Assembly (NCBI RefSeq): GCF_902713615.1
Contig: NC_052158.1
Span: forward strand, 52,980,823-53,044,822
Direction of reading: 5' to 3'
DNA length: 64,000 bases
Origin: Scyliorhinus canicula
Lineage: Eukaryota
Shown here: in pieces, positions 10,601 through 25,600 of the stretch
How the letters are laid out: each line of letters starts with the position of its first letter
Numbering within the stretch: the stretch's first letter is position 1
Program-made: the position numbers and the translations under genes
The notes under the pieces: model-generated
What the model saw: the letters and a program-made list of their open reading frames with translations, nothing else
Told to the model about the DNA's origin: nothing
The model's database searches: none

Positions 10601-13600
10601 ACACATATTTTTGAAGCACCATTTTGGAAAGTGGCATCATCGGAACAAATGCGATGGAGGCGAAGGAGTTGAGAAAGTCTTGTTAAGGCATCGAATGATG
10701 CAAAGGATGAAATGAAACTGGGGACAGGGACAGCTTTGAGAGAGAGTAAGATGGTGCTGCTGGAGAGAGATGTCGAGTGTCTTCATGTTGCGGCGCATGG
10801 CACTGAGTGTGGCTTTCAGGGTGCGGTGGTTGGAAGAACATAAGAACTAGGAGCAGGAGTAGGCCATCTGTTATATATCCTGGAGGTTACATACAGGGTG
10901 GAAGTTGAAATCCCCGTGGGGACAATCGGAGACGAAGACAGTCACTGAGGAAGGAAATATGGCTGTGGAAGCGGGTCTTGGTAAATACCTTGTCGAAGAC
11001 TAAGAGAAATGGAAAGCAGTGAAGGTGGATAGTGGGGGAGGGACATTCGGAAATCCTATCGGAGAGAAGAGCAGTTCTTCAGGGTAGGCATTCCTGGAAG
11101 AGAGGTGGCAGTGAGTTAAACACTGGATAAAAGTAAATTACTGCGGATGCTTGATTGAATTGGAGTCTGTGATGTGATGGAGAGTCTGACCTGAGCATGG
11201 TGTAGGTTAGAATGATTCAGTGACTGGAATCACACTGCTGTGAAACACTCTGCAATGTTTATCTGTACTAAATCTGTCTGCAGATATTGGAATTACTCCT
11301 CACCAATGTCCTTTCTAGTCACCTACAGGAAGGATTAATCCCAACACCATCATAGATTTGTGGCAGCGGAGTGATGGGAGGCAGGAGGTTTCTCCGAGAG
11401 GAAAGGGAGGCAGGAGGTTTCTCCGAGAGGAAAGAGGGGGAAAGTAATGATCACAGATACTGTTCCAGCCCTGGAAAGGGACAACGTACTGGAGGATTGA
11501 AAGATAGAATCGTATTGGAGAGAATGACAGGAACAATAGAGGAGTGATTACATTGCCAGGTGTAAACTGTGGATCACCAAATAGTGGGAAGGAGATAGGG
11601 GAGAATTTCCACACAGATTTACAGAGATACAAGAATGAAGGAGTTTAATGGTCCTAATACAGCTTGGGATAATATCAGTGTGAAGAGAAAGGGGAGAAGT
11701 TCCTGTAACCTCACTGTTGTTATCATAACTGGGGGACAACTCCCATTCAGAGTTTTTAATGTCATATCTTATTAGAACAAGAACAAAGAAAATTACAGGT
11801 AGCACAGTGATTAGCACTGTTGCGTCACAGTGCCAGGATCCCAGGTTTGATTCCTGGCTTGGTCAGGTGTCTACGTGGAGTCTGCATGTTCTCCCGTGTC
11901 TGCGTGGGTTTCCTCCGGCTGCTCCAGTTTCCTCCCACAAGTCCCGAAAGACATGCTGTTGGGTAATTTGGACATTCTGAATTCTCCCTCCGTGTACCCG
12001 AACAGGCCCAGGAGTGCGGCGACTCTGGGCTTTTCACAGTAACTTCATTGCAGTGTTAATGTAAGCCTACTTGTATTATTATCTCCCACTGGCTGCCTGG
12101 TACTGGCTGCCCTGTGGCTGACCCTCCAAGACCCACAGGGCAAACAGGACATCCAGTCTGGATTTGACCACATCCAACAATCTGTCTTGGAGGCATGGCT
12201 GCAAGCGGAGTAGGGTCGGCACTGCAGGGGTGGTTTAAGTGCTGCTGTCCCTTTTTAGCAGGTGGCTGGAGAGCGCGGCCCCGGTGAATCAGCCGTCTAG
12301 ACCATTTGTGGCGTGTAGCCCATGGGGCCTCATGAAGTGGCCAATTAATGCTTTATAGCTGTGACAGCCTCACCGGGCCAAGCATAGGGAAGCCCACGCT
12401 ACCACACTGAGATACTTTCTGGTTAAAACACACCCATAGTAACGAAGATCAGAAGGTTCTCGACAGACGAGGAAAATAGATAGAAGTGTGACATTTAATA
12501 CCAAGATGCGAGCTGATTTTTTAATTTTTTTAATTTAGAGTACCCAATTATTTTTTCCAATTAAGGGGCAATTTAGAGTGGCCAATCTACCTATCCTGCA
12601 CATCTTTGGGTTGTGCGGGTGAAACCCACGCAGACACGGGGAGAACGTGCAAACTTCACAGGGCCGGGATTCAAACCCAGTTCCTCAGCGCCGTAGGCAG
12701 CAATGCTAACCACTGTGCCACCGCGCTGCCCTGATGCGAGCTGATTTAACTATAAATTTATATTACATTGACAGACACTTACTCCCTCCCTCCCCCATCC
12801 CCACCGCGGTCTCTGTGCTTCTTACCCCAGTCTCTGGTCTCCGCTCCTTTCTCACCCTGTTCAAACTGACAGGAATAGGTTGCTCCATCCTCTGGGTTGA
12901 TCTGAGACCATCTCCGGAGCTGGTAGCTGTCATTGTGATTGGGCAACACCCCAGTGGAAAACGTGTCCGTGATTGGCTCACCATTTCTCAGAAGAGTGAC
13001 TTCGATTTGACCCGGGTAAAATCCCGTGACCAGACAGGAGAGTTGGTCTGGATTGGTATCTGTCGCCTTGTCCACATTAATAAACACTTGGGGAGGAACT
13101 GAGAGCGAAACAGATCAGAACCGAGTTAGTAAGAGACAGAGAATGGTACAGACCATAAACCAGACCCCTAGCTCCAGGAATGGTCCACCATCCCTTTATT
13201 ATGGACCCACTGGCCCAGGGGATGGTAGATCCCCTTGAAACTGTAGATTAGGAACAGGAATAGGCCTTTCAGCCCATTGAGTCTCCCCTACTATTCAATA
13301 CAATCATGGCTCATGATTGGAAACTTTCAATGCCTTTTTCCCCACACTATCCCGATAACGTTTTATGTTATTACTAACCAGGGGCGGAATACTTCGACCC
13401 CCCCCCCCCCCCCGGCAGGGTCGGGGAATCGCCCGGGGCCAGCGTAAAATTCCGCCCCCGCCGTGGTCAGAATTCTCCGCCACCCGGGAATCAGCGGGAG
13501 CGGGAATCACGCCCCGCCAATCAGCGTGCCCCCCCATGGTGATTCTCCGGCCCGTGATGGGCGAAGTCCGCCGCTGACAGGGCCTCTCCCGCCGGCGTGA

Positions 13601-16600
13601 ATTGGAGCACCTCTGGTGCCAGCGGGGATTGGCATCGCGAGCGGGCCCCCAGTGTCCTGGGGGGGGGGGGGGGGCGATCGGACCCCGAGGGGTGCCCCCA
13701 CAGTGGCCTGGCCCGCGACCGGGGCCCACCAATGGGCAGGCCAGTGCCGTGGGGGTCACCCTTTTCCTTCCGCGACGCCCTCCACCATGGCGGAGGTGGA
13801 AGAGACCCCCCCCCACCACGCATGCGCCGCTGGTGACGACAGCGGCCGCTGACGCACCGGCGCATGCACGGACCGGCGAAGGCCATTCGGCCAGCCCTGA
13901 CGCCAGGCGGCATAGTGCCAAAGGCCATTGCCGCCGGTTTTCATGCCGGCCGGCAGAGCAGAAACCACTCCGGCGCCGGTTTTGGTGCCGGCCGGCAGAA
14001 CGGAAACCACTCCGGCGCGGGCCTAACCCTTGAAGGTGCGGAAATTCCGCACCTTTGGGCAGGCCCGACGCCGGGGTGGTTGGCACCACTCCACTACGCC
14101 GGGACCCCCCTGCCGGGTAGGGGAGAATCCCGGCCCAGAAGTCTATCAATCTCTGATTAAAACACTGCACTGAGCTTCCACAGGCCTCTGGGGAGAGGTT
14201 TCAAAAGATTATAACCCTCTGTGTAAAGAAGTTTTCTCCCCCTTTTTTTTGTTGAAATTTTACGTGCTATTCTCCAGCCTTCGTTACGCTCTCGCTCAAG
14301 TGAAACGCGGTCGGTGAATAGTGAGAGAGGCTAAAACGAGGACCACGGCAGGCGGTAAACAGTTTGCGATGCAACCAGCCATCTCCCGTAGGTGAATCTT
14401 GTTGTGTGCGTGAGAAAACCAATTATCACCACTTAAGCCCCATTTCCATACAATTAATGGGAGCCACCCAAAAACCAAGGACTTCCTGTCATTCAGTGGC
14501 CTCCCCAGCAAGTAGTCACCCTGGCACTGATTAGTGCTCCTTTTGAAAACGTGAAGTTGGCAAAAGGGCTTCTGCAGGGAGCCGAGGGAGGTAAGGGGCT
14601 GGTTTAGCTCATTCAGCTAAATCGCTGGCTTTTAAAAGCAGACCAAGCAGGCCAGCAGCACGGTTCGATTCCCATACCAGCCTCCCGGACAGGCGCCGGA
14701 ATGTGGCGACTAGGGGCTTTTGACAGTAACGTCATTGAAGCCTACTCATGACAATAAGCAATTTTCATTTTTCATTTTCAAGTAGCCATCTTTGCTCACA
14801 GGCAAAGAGAACAAGGGTGTGCCACCCCAGTGCTCTGGTGGGGGGACCCTTGGCTGGGCGTGTTGTCTAACCAACTTGTATACAATTGAAGCAAGACCTC
14901 ACTACACCAGAACTCGCAACCTCCTTGTGATAAAGACTAACATCCCATTAACCTTCTTTTTAAAAATATTTATTAGAGATTTTTCATAAATCTGGGAGGA
15001 AACCGGAGGAAATGCCCGCAGATACTGGAGAAGTGCAAACTCCACACTGACAGTGACCCAAGCCAGGAATTTAACCTGGGACCCTGGAGCTGTGAAGCAA
15101 CTGTGCTAGCGTGACTTCCTACTACTGTACTACCATGACTCCCTACCTTTTACTGTTGAAACAGACCACAGACCACTCGAACATATATAGAACATAGACA
15201 TAGAACATAGAACACTACAGCGCAGTACGGGCCCTTCGGCCCTCGATGTTGCGCCGACCTGTGAAACCATCTGAAGCCTATCTGACCTACACTATTCCAT
15301 TTTCATCCATATGTCTATCCAGTGACCACTTAAATGCCCTTAAAGTTGGCGAGTCTACTACTGTTGCAGGCAGGGCGTTCCACACCCCTACTACTCTCTG
15401 AGTAAGAAACTGCCTCTGACATCTGTCCTATATCTCTCACCCCTCAATTTTAAAGCTATGTCCCCTCGTGTGGGTCATCACCATCCGAGGAAAAAGACTC
15501 TCACTGTCCCCCTATCTAACCCTCTGACTATCTTATATGTCTCTATTAAGTCACCTCTCAGCCTTCTCCTCTCTAACGAAACAACCTCAATTCCCTGAGC
15601 CTTTCCTCGTAAGACCTTCCCTCCATGCAGGCAACATCCTAGTAAATCTCCTCTGAACCCCTTTCCAAAGCTTCCACATCCTTCCTATAATGTGGTGACC
15701 AGAACTGCACGCAGTACTCCAGGTGTGGCCGCACCAGAGTTATGTACAGCTGCAGCATGACCTTGTGGTTCCGAAACTCAATCCCCCTGCTTATAAAGGC
15801 TAGTACACCATATGCCTTCTTAACAGCCCTATTAACCTGGGTGGCAACTTTCAGGGATTTATGTACCTGGATGCCGAGATCTCTCTGTTCATCTACACTA
15901 CCAAGAATCTTGCCATTAGCCCAGTACTCTGCATTCCTGTTACTCCTTCCAAAGTGAACCACCTCACACTTTTCCGCATTAAACTCCATCTGCCACCTCT
16001 CAGCCCAGCTCTGCAGCTTATCTATGTCCCTCTGTATCCTATAACATCCTTCAGCACTATCCACAACTCCACCGACCTTCGTGTCATCTGCAAATTTACT
16101 AACCCATCCTTCTACACCCTCTTCCAGGTCATTTATAAAAATGACAAACAGCAGTGGCCCCAAAACAGATCCTTGCGGTACACCACTAGTAACTGAACTC
16201 CAGGATGAACATTTGCCATCAACCACCACCCTCTGTCTTCTTTCAGCTAGCCAATTACTGATCCAAACCGCTAAATCACCTTCAATTCCATACTTCCTTA
16301 TTTTCTGCAATAGCCTACCGTGGGGAACCTTATCAAACGCCTTACTGAAATCCATATACACCACATCAACAGCTTTACCCTGATCCACCTGTTTGGTCAC
16401 CTTCTCAAAAAACTCAATAAGGTTTGTGAGACATGACCTACCCTTCACAAAACCGTGTTGAGTATCGCTAATCAACTTGTTCTTTCAAGATGATTATAAA
16501 CCCTATCTCTTATAACCTTTCCAACATTTTACCCACAACCGAAGTAAGGCTCACAGGTCTATAATTACCAGGGTTGTCTCTACTCCCCTTCTTGAACAAG

Positions 16601-19600
16601 GGGACAACATTTGCTATCCTCCAGTCTTCCGGCACTATTCCTGTCAACAAAGACGACATAAAGATCAAGGACAAAGGCTCAGCAATCTCCTCCCTGGCTT
16701 CCCAGAGAATCCTAGGATAAATCCCATCTGGCCCAGGGGACTTGTCTATTTTGACATTTTCTAAAATTGCTAACACCTCCTCCTTTTGAACCTCAATTCT
16801 ATCTAGCCTGGTCGACTGAACCTGAGTGTTCTCCTCGACAACATTGTCTTTCTCCAGTGTAAACACTGACGAAAAATATCCATTTAATGCTTCCCCTATC
16901 TCCTCTGATTCCACACACAACTTTCCACTACTATCCTTGATTGGCCCTAATCTTACTCGAGTCATTCTTTTGTTCCTGATATACCTATAGAAAGCCTTAG
17001 GGTTTTCCTTGATCCTATCCGCCAACGACTTTTCGTGTCCTCTCCTCGCTCTTCTTAACTCTCCCTTTAGGTCCTTCCTGGCTAACTTGTAACTCTCAAG
17101 TGCCCTAACTGAGCCTTCATGTCTCATCCTAACATAAGCCTTCTTCTTCCTCTTGACAAGTGCTTCAACTTCCTTAGTAAACACGGCTCCCTTGCTCGAC
17201 AACTTCCTCCCTGCCTGACAGGTACATACTTATCAAGGACACGCAGTAGCTGTTCCTTGAAAAAGCTCCACATTTCGATTGTACCCATCCCCTGCAGTTT
17301 CCTTCCCCATCCTATACCTCCTAAATCTTGCCGAATAGCATCATAATTGCCTTTCCCCCAGCTATAATTCTTGCCTTTCGGTATATACCTATCCCTGCCC
17401 ATTGCTAAAGTAAACATAACCGAGTTGTGATCACTATCCCCAAAGTGCTCACCTACATCTAAATCTAACACCTGGCCGGGTTCATTACCCAGTACCAAAT
17501 CCAATGTGGCCTCGCCCCTTGTTGGCCTGTCTACATACTGTGTCAGAAAACCCTCCTGCACACACTGCACAAAAACTGACCCATCTATAGTACTCGAACT
17601 ATAGTATTTCCAGTCAATATTTGGAAAGTTAAAGTCCCCCATAACAACTACCCTGTTACTCTCGCTCCTGTCAAGAATCATCTTTGCAATCCTTTCCTCT
17701 ACATCTCTGGGACTATTCGGAGGTCTATAGACAACTCCCAACAGGGTGACCTCTCCTCTACTGTTCCTAACCTCGGCCCATACTGCCTCAGTAGACGAGT
17801 CCTCAAGCGTCCTTTCTACCGCCGTAATACTTTCTTTGATTAACAATGCCACACCCCCCCCTCTTTTACCATCTTCTCTGTTCTTACAGAAACATCTAAA
17901 TCATACAAAAGGATCTAAATGATAGGACTCTGAGATTATAGATGATCTTGATGAAGCTTAAGAGATACGACTTCAACCTCCTCTTACTCCAGGCAAGGAC
18001 ATGATAATTGCAGACATTTTGTCACATACAATCAATTCAGAAGGAAAACCTCATGAATTTATAGAGCTTGTAGTAGCTGAATTTATACAGCTGTGTGCTG
18101 AAACACTTCCTGCTTCAGATGTGAAGCTGAATCATCCGTGAAGAAACCAAGAAGGATTCAGTGCTTCAAGAGTCATACACCAGAAGGTCATTGTTCCAAG
18201 TTCAGGAATATTCAAGCAGGCTTAACAGTTGTGGGTGGACTGTTACTTCGACTTGATCGGATAGTTATATCAGTATCTTTCCGACCCATGATTCTCAACC
18301 AAATAGATGAAGGTCACCTTGGCATTGAAAAATGCAAGAGAAGAGCAAGACAAGCTGTGTATTGGCTGGGTATCAATCGAGACATCGCTGATATGATACT
18401 TGGATGCGAAACATGTCAGAAATTTCAACCTGCGCGCAATGCAAGAAAAAAACTACAACATGCATTGAAGACATCTATCGGGGCAAAAGTTGGGATTGTG
18501 GCGAATACCAAGTTCACTCACATCGCAAAACCCTGAATCAAATGAAAGTGGAGAAAGGAGTTCAAATCATCCAACACCTTCTGAACAAAGCTTTGGATTC
18601 TTGCTCGGATATGAATCTAGCATTACTCTCATAGAGCAACTCTGCTTTCCACGTGTCTATCATCTGCACATATGTTGTTGAACAAGGATTTGAGAACTAC
18701 TCGACCATCTATGTCTCTACCCAATCCAAATCATCTGCCCGTGATACAAAAGATGAAACATCAGCGAGAATAACAGAATGTATTATGATCAACATGCGAA
18801 TACACTGGACTCACTGCTTCCAGATGATACCGTCAGGATTCAAAGTTCCTGATGGAGTGTTGGTCAGCTCCCTATCAGACAAATAGCACCACTTACTACA
18901 GTATATCATTCAGACAGCTGAAGGAACAATAGTTTGACGCAATCTCTGAGCACTACAAACACTCAAACAACACAATAACATCTTTCCAAATCTACAATTC
19001 CATGAAAGTATTTTTCAATGATACTATGACGATCCGAGTTCGTGAAGATTCACAGGACTGTAAACTTCTGTGTCTCCTCTTAGTTTAAGGTCAACCAAGA
19101 AAAGAAGGAATCCAGACAGACTCAATTTATCAATCGTTCCTGTTGAACTTTTTTCTTGATTTTTCACATTTCAACTTATACACATGTATTGCAATAATAT
19201 TATACATTTTTTCCCCTTTATTGCACATAGAAAATGTTAAAGGGGGATGAAATGATATGTATATAGGTACGCCAGTGAAGGGTAATTATTACATCTCAGT
19301 GTAATTCAAACAGTAGAGGCACCACCAGTTTCCCAGTATGAATATCAGACCTCAGGGAATGCGGAGTGGTTAGCAAAGGAGAAGTATTGATCACAGTACA
19401 AGGAGTGCTTTAGATTCGAGGGAGAGTTAACATGGGGTCATCAGATTATAGATTACTGTTTAACAGATTTAACCTTACTTTATTTGTAGTTATAGCTCAG
19501 TAGTGTGCGAACTTTATTCAATTAATCATTATTCAATCAATTAGTTTTGCTTCAATCTAAAGATTGGTGGTTTCTTTATCATCAACTCATCAGACCATTC

Positions 19601-22600
19601 TGGATCACAAGGCAAACAATAATGACATATTACCATCTCGCTCTCTCGTTCTCGCCATATAGCTGTTCCAGGGCACCACCCTGCCAAAAGGGCATGCAGG
19701 TGGGAGCCTCCTATCCACTTGGATAACCCTATTAGCGCCATTCCGTCTGGTCCCCAGTATCTAATGGTGCTTGTCCAAGGTCCCCGAGGCAGAGGAATTG
19801 AGCCCCAAAGCCTCAGGTACCTTGGCAATCTGCATTTAAAGTGAGGCTTACTGCCTCGCTCTAATATGTAGATTTGCCAAAAACTGATCCCGCCCATTGT
19901 GGCCACAGATCGTAAATCATTATTTGGTGTGGAAACTTGTGAAGCACGTCAGTTAGTCAACACCCCCACCCCCCTCACCCCCACAATGCCCTCGCCCTCA
20001 TGCCAACATCCCCACCCCCCACCCTGGCCTGCAGTCTAATCATGCGTCTTGTCTTGTGTCCTGCAGGAGATGGGTCGGATCCATCAGGTGTCCCCCCCTC
20101 CCAGCCAGTTACAGCCGAAGCCCCCCCCCATCAGCCATGAGAGCAGCTCGGACCCAGCCCACGCCCGAGACTCAGGACACCCCGGAGCTCGGGTCAGATG
20201 ATGACAGTGACTTTCCGTCACAGCTGTCTCTAACACTCTCCACTATCCCAGAGACGCTCACCTCAGTTGGGCACTTTAGTGAAGAGTTTCCTGGGATACT
20301 ATCTGGTGCACACCACACAGCTGATCTGGTAGAGCAGGGAGAACGTGCAGACTCCGCACAGACAGTGACTCAGCGGGGAATCAAACCTGGGACCCTGACA
20401 CTGTGAAGCCACAGTGCTAGCCACTTGTGCTACTGTGCTGCTCACAAAGTTGGGAGTCCAACTGCGTGCAGGAGCAGGAGGTGGTGCCGGCCATGAGTGC
20501 CATCCAGGCCAACACCGCATGGGTGGCATCTGCGATGGAGGCATTGTCTACAGATCAGAATGTCCAAGGCCAGGGACATTCTTTGCAGGTGCTGGTCGAG
20601 GCCCAGGGCAGGGTTGTCGCCTCACATGGGATCATGTCCCAGAGCCACCAGGAAATCGCAGGTAACAGAGGTGGCATTGCCCAGGTGCTGGCCAAAGTGA
20701 CGCAGACACGGGCAGAGATGGCGCAGTCACTGGCTGATGTGACACAAACCCAGAAGGTGGCGGCACAGTGAATGGGTGATGTGGCGCAGTTCCAAACGGA
20801 GATGGTCCACTCACTGTGCTCCAGCGCCATGAGTGTGCGGACCCGAGTCGAGACAAGAGCGGGCCTCCAGGACTGCCAGTGCCAGGTGGTAGTGGAGCCT
20901 CAGGGGATAGCGCCACTCGTGCCCCCTCCCATGGAGAAGCCCGGAGGCCATTGGGCACCCCAAGGGAGGAGGATGTGAAGGGACCCATGCCGGTGACTCC
21001 TGCCAGGGAGGGGCCAGAATACCGCACCACTCAGACTCCTCTCCCTCCAGTCCCTGGGGCATCTGGTGGGCAGCGGGCATAATGGGGTGGCACCATATTA
21101 CCCGGGACATCCGACCCATCCAGGCCCGATTGCCCCAGAAGCAACCCGCCAATGGGGGCCCAAGTCGCAGGGCAGGAATCACAGCAGGCTGCCTCCACTC
21201 CTGCTGTGTCGTCTGGGGGTCCACATAGATGTAGCGTTAAGGCTCGCAAGGCCAGGAAGTTAGACACCAGTTTAAGTTTGCACGGGTGCATGGCACGGAT
21301 TAGTTATAGGGGCTAGCGTCTAAATCTGTAAATATTCGTTCACATTAAACACCTTTTGCCATTGTTACAACCTGTCTCGGTGCTCTGTCTGATGGGTGTG
21401 GGGGGGGGGGGTGGACCCTGTGGATGCCCCAGGCACCCCACCCCCCCCACCCATCCCTGCCGACTCTTCCCACTACCATCACCGCAGGGATTCAATGGGG
21501 CAATGCGATGGAATGGCCAGCTCGCAGGCAGGGATCACCGAGGTGGACAGTTGTCAACCGACGTAGAGCACAGGGCTCCATGTCCTGCCCATCCTCCTCC
21601 TCCTCCCCCGCATCCTCTTTGCCGGACGAGGCCTGCCATTGCTCCTCCTTGACCAGCATGTCACCCCTCTGCTGTGCGTTGCTGTGGAGGAAGCAGCAGG
21701 CCTCCATGGTGCGGGCGGCCCTCTCAGCATCTGGAGGGCCCCTCGAGAGCAGGCCAGGCCCCTCAACCGCATCTTCAGGATGCCGATGCAACACTTGACC
21801 ACGCTCCTGGTCGTGGCATGAGCTTTGTTGTACAGTTTGTGTACAACGTCCTGCTATATAGCAGCGCTCTTAGGATTACATACATCCCGTCTATGGCCCC
21901 CTGGACCCGGGGCGTCCCATCAAATGCCCAGGCATCCTGAAATGGATGTATTGAGCTGTCTGGGCATCCGTGACAGTGTGGATGCACCTGAGCACCAAGG
22001 TCTGAGAGATCCTGGACAGGCCCCCACTCGGTGCATGGAAGGACCCCATTGCGTAAATGTTCAGGGCTACTGTCACCTTGATGGCAACTGGGAGCGGGTG
22101 TCCTCCCCCATACCCTCCATGGTGCCAGGTGTGCCATCATATAGCAGATATGTCGCACTGTCTCTCTGCTCAGCTGGAATCCGACAGCATGCCCGGTCCG
22201 ACAGGTCATTGAACAAGATAGAACATACAGTGAAGGAGGAGGCCATTCGGCCCATCAAGTCTGCACCGACCCACTTATACCCTCACTTCCACCCTTATCC
22301 GCTCAACCGAACAACCCCCCCCCCCAACCTTTTTTTTGAACACTAAGGGCAATTGTGCATGACCAATCCACCGAACCTGCACATCTCCACTGCAGCCCAT
22401 TCCACTATTGCAGCTTCCTCCTCCTCCTCCTCGAGCGGTTCCAGCTCGTACAGCCACAGGCTGCGCTGACTAGCAGGAAGGCCACCATTATCATAGATTA
22501 TCATAGAATTTACAGTGCAGAAGGAGGTCATTCGGCCCATCAAGTCTGCACCGGCTCTTAGAAAGAGCACCCTACCCAAGGTCAACACCTCCACCCCATC

Positions 22601-25600
22601 CCCATAACCCAGTAACCCACCCAACACGAAGGGCAAATTTTGGACACCAAGGGCAATTTATCATGGCCAATCCACCTAACCTGCACATCTTTGGACTGTG
22701 GGAGGAAACCGGAGCACCCGGAGGAAACCCACGCACACACGGGGAGGATGAGCAGACTCCACACAGACAGTGACCCAAGCCGGAATCGAACCTGGGACCC
22801 TGGAGCTGTGAAGCGATCGTGCTATCCACAATGCTACCGTGCTGGTTGAATTCCAATATCCATTGTCTGCAGGCAATGAAAGGCTGACACGTTAGCATGG
22901 AGTGTACCCCCGTGCCCAACCAGGTCTACCGGGCAACATGGTAGCCCAAGTTGCCACTGCGGGATCCGCCCCGCAAGTTCATCCTCCCCCTATCTCTTCA
23001 CTCCTGGCCCCGTCGGTGGCTGGCATCGTGGGGGCCTCTGGTCCTGGAGCCCATCCCTGATGCCAGGGGTACGTTAGCCAGCACTGCCCCCGTCAACGTT
23101 AGGGATTGTGGCAACGGGGGGTTGGGGCAACTGTGGGCAGTGCCCTGGATGGGCCGCCAATGGGTGGTGGCGAGGTGCCGGGGGGCGTGGGGAAAGAGCG
23201 TGGCAGGGGCACCCATACGGCTGGTGTCACTCTGCAGAACCAGCAGTCAAGATGGATGAGCAGTGGGGTGCGCAGCAAGATGGTCGCCGTAAATGATGGT
23301 CCGTGCCTGGACACCGCCCCAGTACAGTTGGGGGGTCATTCGGCTTCTTTCCCCCTGTCCCTGTTCCATCCCCCAGTCCTGGCAAGGCACCCCCACCCGA
23401 GCGAGCCCGGCCAATGTCCGGCCCAGAAGTCCAAAGTCGCTCCTCTCCAGCACAGCAGCCAGCACATCAGTGTCATGATTTTTAAAAGTGCCACGTATAC
23501 TGAGCAAATGGGAACTCGACCCATTGGAGATGGAGAATCACAGAGCCCCTGGAGAATGCCGGGTCGAGCCCGCGAATGTTTGCAGTGTTTCTGTACTTGT
23601 GGAGTGAAACGCATTGATGCCGCTGTCGAGATGACAAAGAATTGCGATTTGATGTCAAATCGGCACTTGACGCGATTTTGTCGTCAGAACTTCAGTAAAG
23701 GATAATGCGCAACTCGTAATACATGCTCCGGAGAGAGTACCAGCACCATGAAGGGATCAATTGAAAGCTGAATGTGATAGAATGACAAATCTGGGGGTCA
23801 TTCAGAAAAACAACGTCGGGGGGCCGGGGGGAGAAGCGGGCGATTGGAAAATAAAACCGCGCCGGGGGGCGGGCAAGTGGAAAGAACACAGCGCCGGGGG
23901 GGGGGGGGGGGGGGGGCAGGCGGGCGATTGGAAAAGAAAAACAGTGGCGGGTGAGTGGAAAGAAAACAGCGCCGGGGGGGGGGGCAGGCGGGCCATGCAG
24001 TGGTTGCTGGTTTAGTGTTTGATTTTTATCTCTCTTTTTACCTGCAGTTAAGTTGGGCGGGAAGCTCTTTCTTTCTTTTTCTTGTTTTATCCGCAAGTTA
24101 TCTAGAGGGGATGGCAGGGAAGGCAGTGCAATGTTCCTCCTGCAGAATGTTTGAGGTGAGGGACGCCGTCAGTGCTGATTCCACCTGTGGGAAGTGCATC
24201 CATCTCCAGCTCCTCAAAAACCGTGTTAGGGAACTGGAGCTGGATGAACTTCGGATGATTCGGGAGGCAGAGGAGGTCATAGATAGTAGCTTCAGGGATG
24301 TAGTTACTCCGAAGAATTAAGATAGATGGGTGACGGTGGGAGGGGCAGGGAGGAAGCAGTCAGTGCAGGGATCCCCTGTGGTCGCTCCCCTCAGTAACAA
24401 GTATACCGCTTTGGATACTGTTGGGGGGGGGGGGGGGGGGGGGACTTACCAGGGGTCAGCCATGGTGAACGGATCTCCAGCACAGCCCTGTGGCTCAGAA
24501 GTGAAGGAGGAGAAGTGAAGCAGGAGAGCATTAGTTATTGGGGACTCAATAGTTAGAAGGACAGATAGACGGTTTCTGTGGCAAGAAAGAGGACTCACGG
24601 ATGGTATGTTGCCACCTGGGTGCCAGGGTCCATGACGTCACGGACCGTGTTTTCAGAATCCTTAAAGGGGAGGGGGAACAGTCACAAGTCGTGGTACACA
24701 TCGGTAGCAACGACATAGGTAAGAGTAGGGACGGGGATTTAAAACAGGAATTTAGGGAGCTAGGGTGGAAGCTGAGAGCCAGGACAAACCATGTTGTCAT
24801 CTCCGTTTTTTTGACGGTGCCACGTGCCAGCGATGTGAGGAACAGCGAGAGAGTGCAGATAAACACGTGGCTGCAGGGATGGTGTAGGAGGGAGGGTTTC
24901 AGTTACGTGGATAATTGGAGCACATTCTGAGGAAGGTGGGACATGTACAGACAGAACGGTTTGCACCTGAACCAGAGGGGCACCAATATCATTGGAGGAA
25001 AATTTGCTATGGCTCTTTGGGGGGTTTAAACTAATTTGTCAGAGGGATGGGAAAACGAGCTGTAGTCCAGAAGCCAGTTTTGAGAGTAGTGAGGTACTGA
25101 GGAGGGTTTCAAGGTCGCAGGAATGTACTGGCAGGCAGGAAGGTGGGTTGAAGTATGTCTACTTCAATGCAAGGAGCATCCGGAATAAGGTAGGTGAACT
25201 TGGAGCGTGGATTGGTACTTGGGACTATGATGTTGTGGTTATTACGGAGACATGGTTAGAACAGGGACAGGAATGGTTGTTGGAAGTTCCAGGGTATAGA
25301 TGTTTCAGTAAGAGTAGGGAAGGTGGTAAAAGAGGTGGAAGAGTAGCATTGTTAATCAAGGATAGTTTAACAGCTGAAGAAAGGCAGTTCGAGGGGGATC
25401 TGCCTACAGAGGTAATATGGGCCGAAGTTAGAAATAGGAAAGAAGCAGTCACGTTGTTAGGAGTTTTCTATAGGCCCCCAAATAGTAATAGAGATGTGGA
25501 GGAAGAAATTGCAAAGCAGATTATGAATAGGTGTGGAGGTCTCAGGGTAGTTGTCATGGGCGACTTTAACTTTCCAAATATTGACTGGAACCTCTATAGG

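Noticed and set aside
11377-11432. 28-bp direct duplication in intron 4 and 43-bp duplication at about 34830-34920
   Set aside because: Isolated two-copy slippage events far from splice sites; no evident function.
11797-14680. tRNA genes
   Set aside because: A/B-box heads run directly into SINE bodies and tails; no complete cloverleaf seen.
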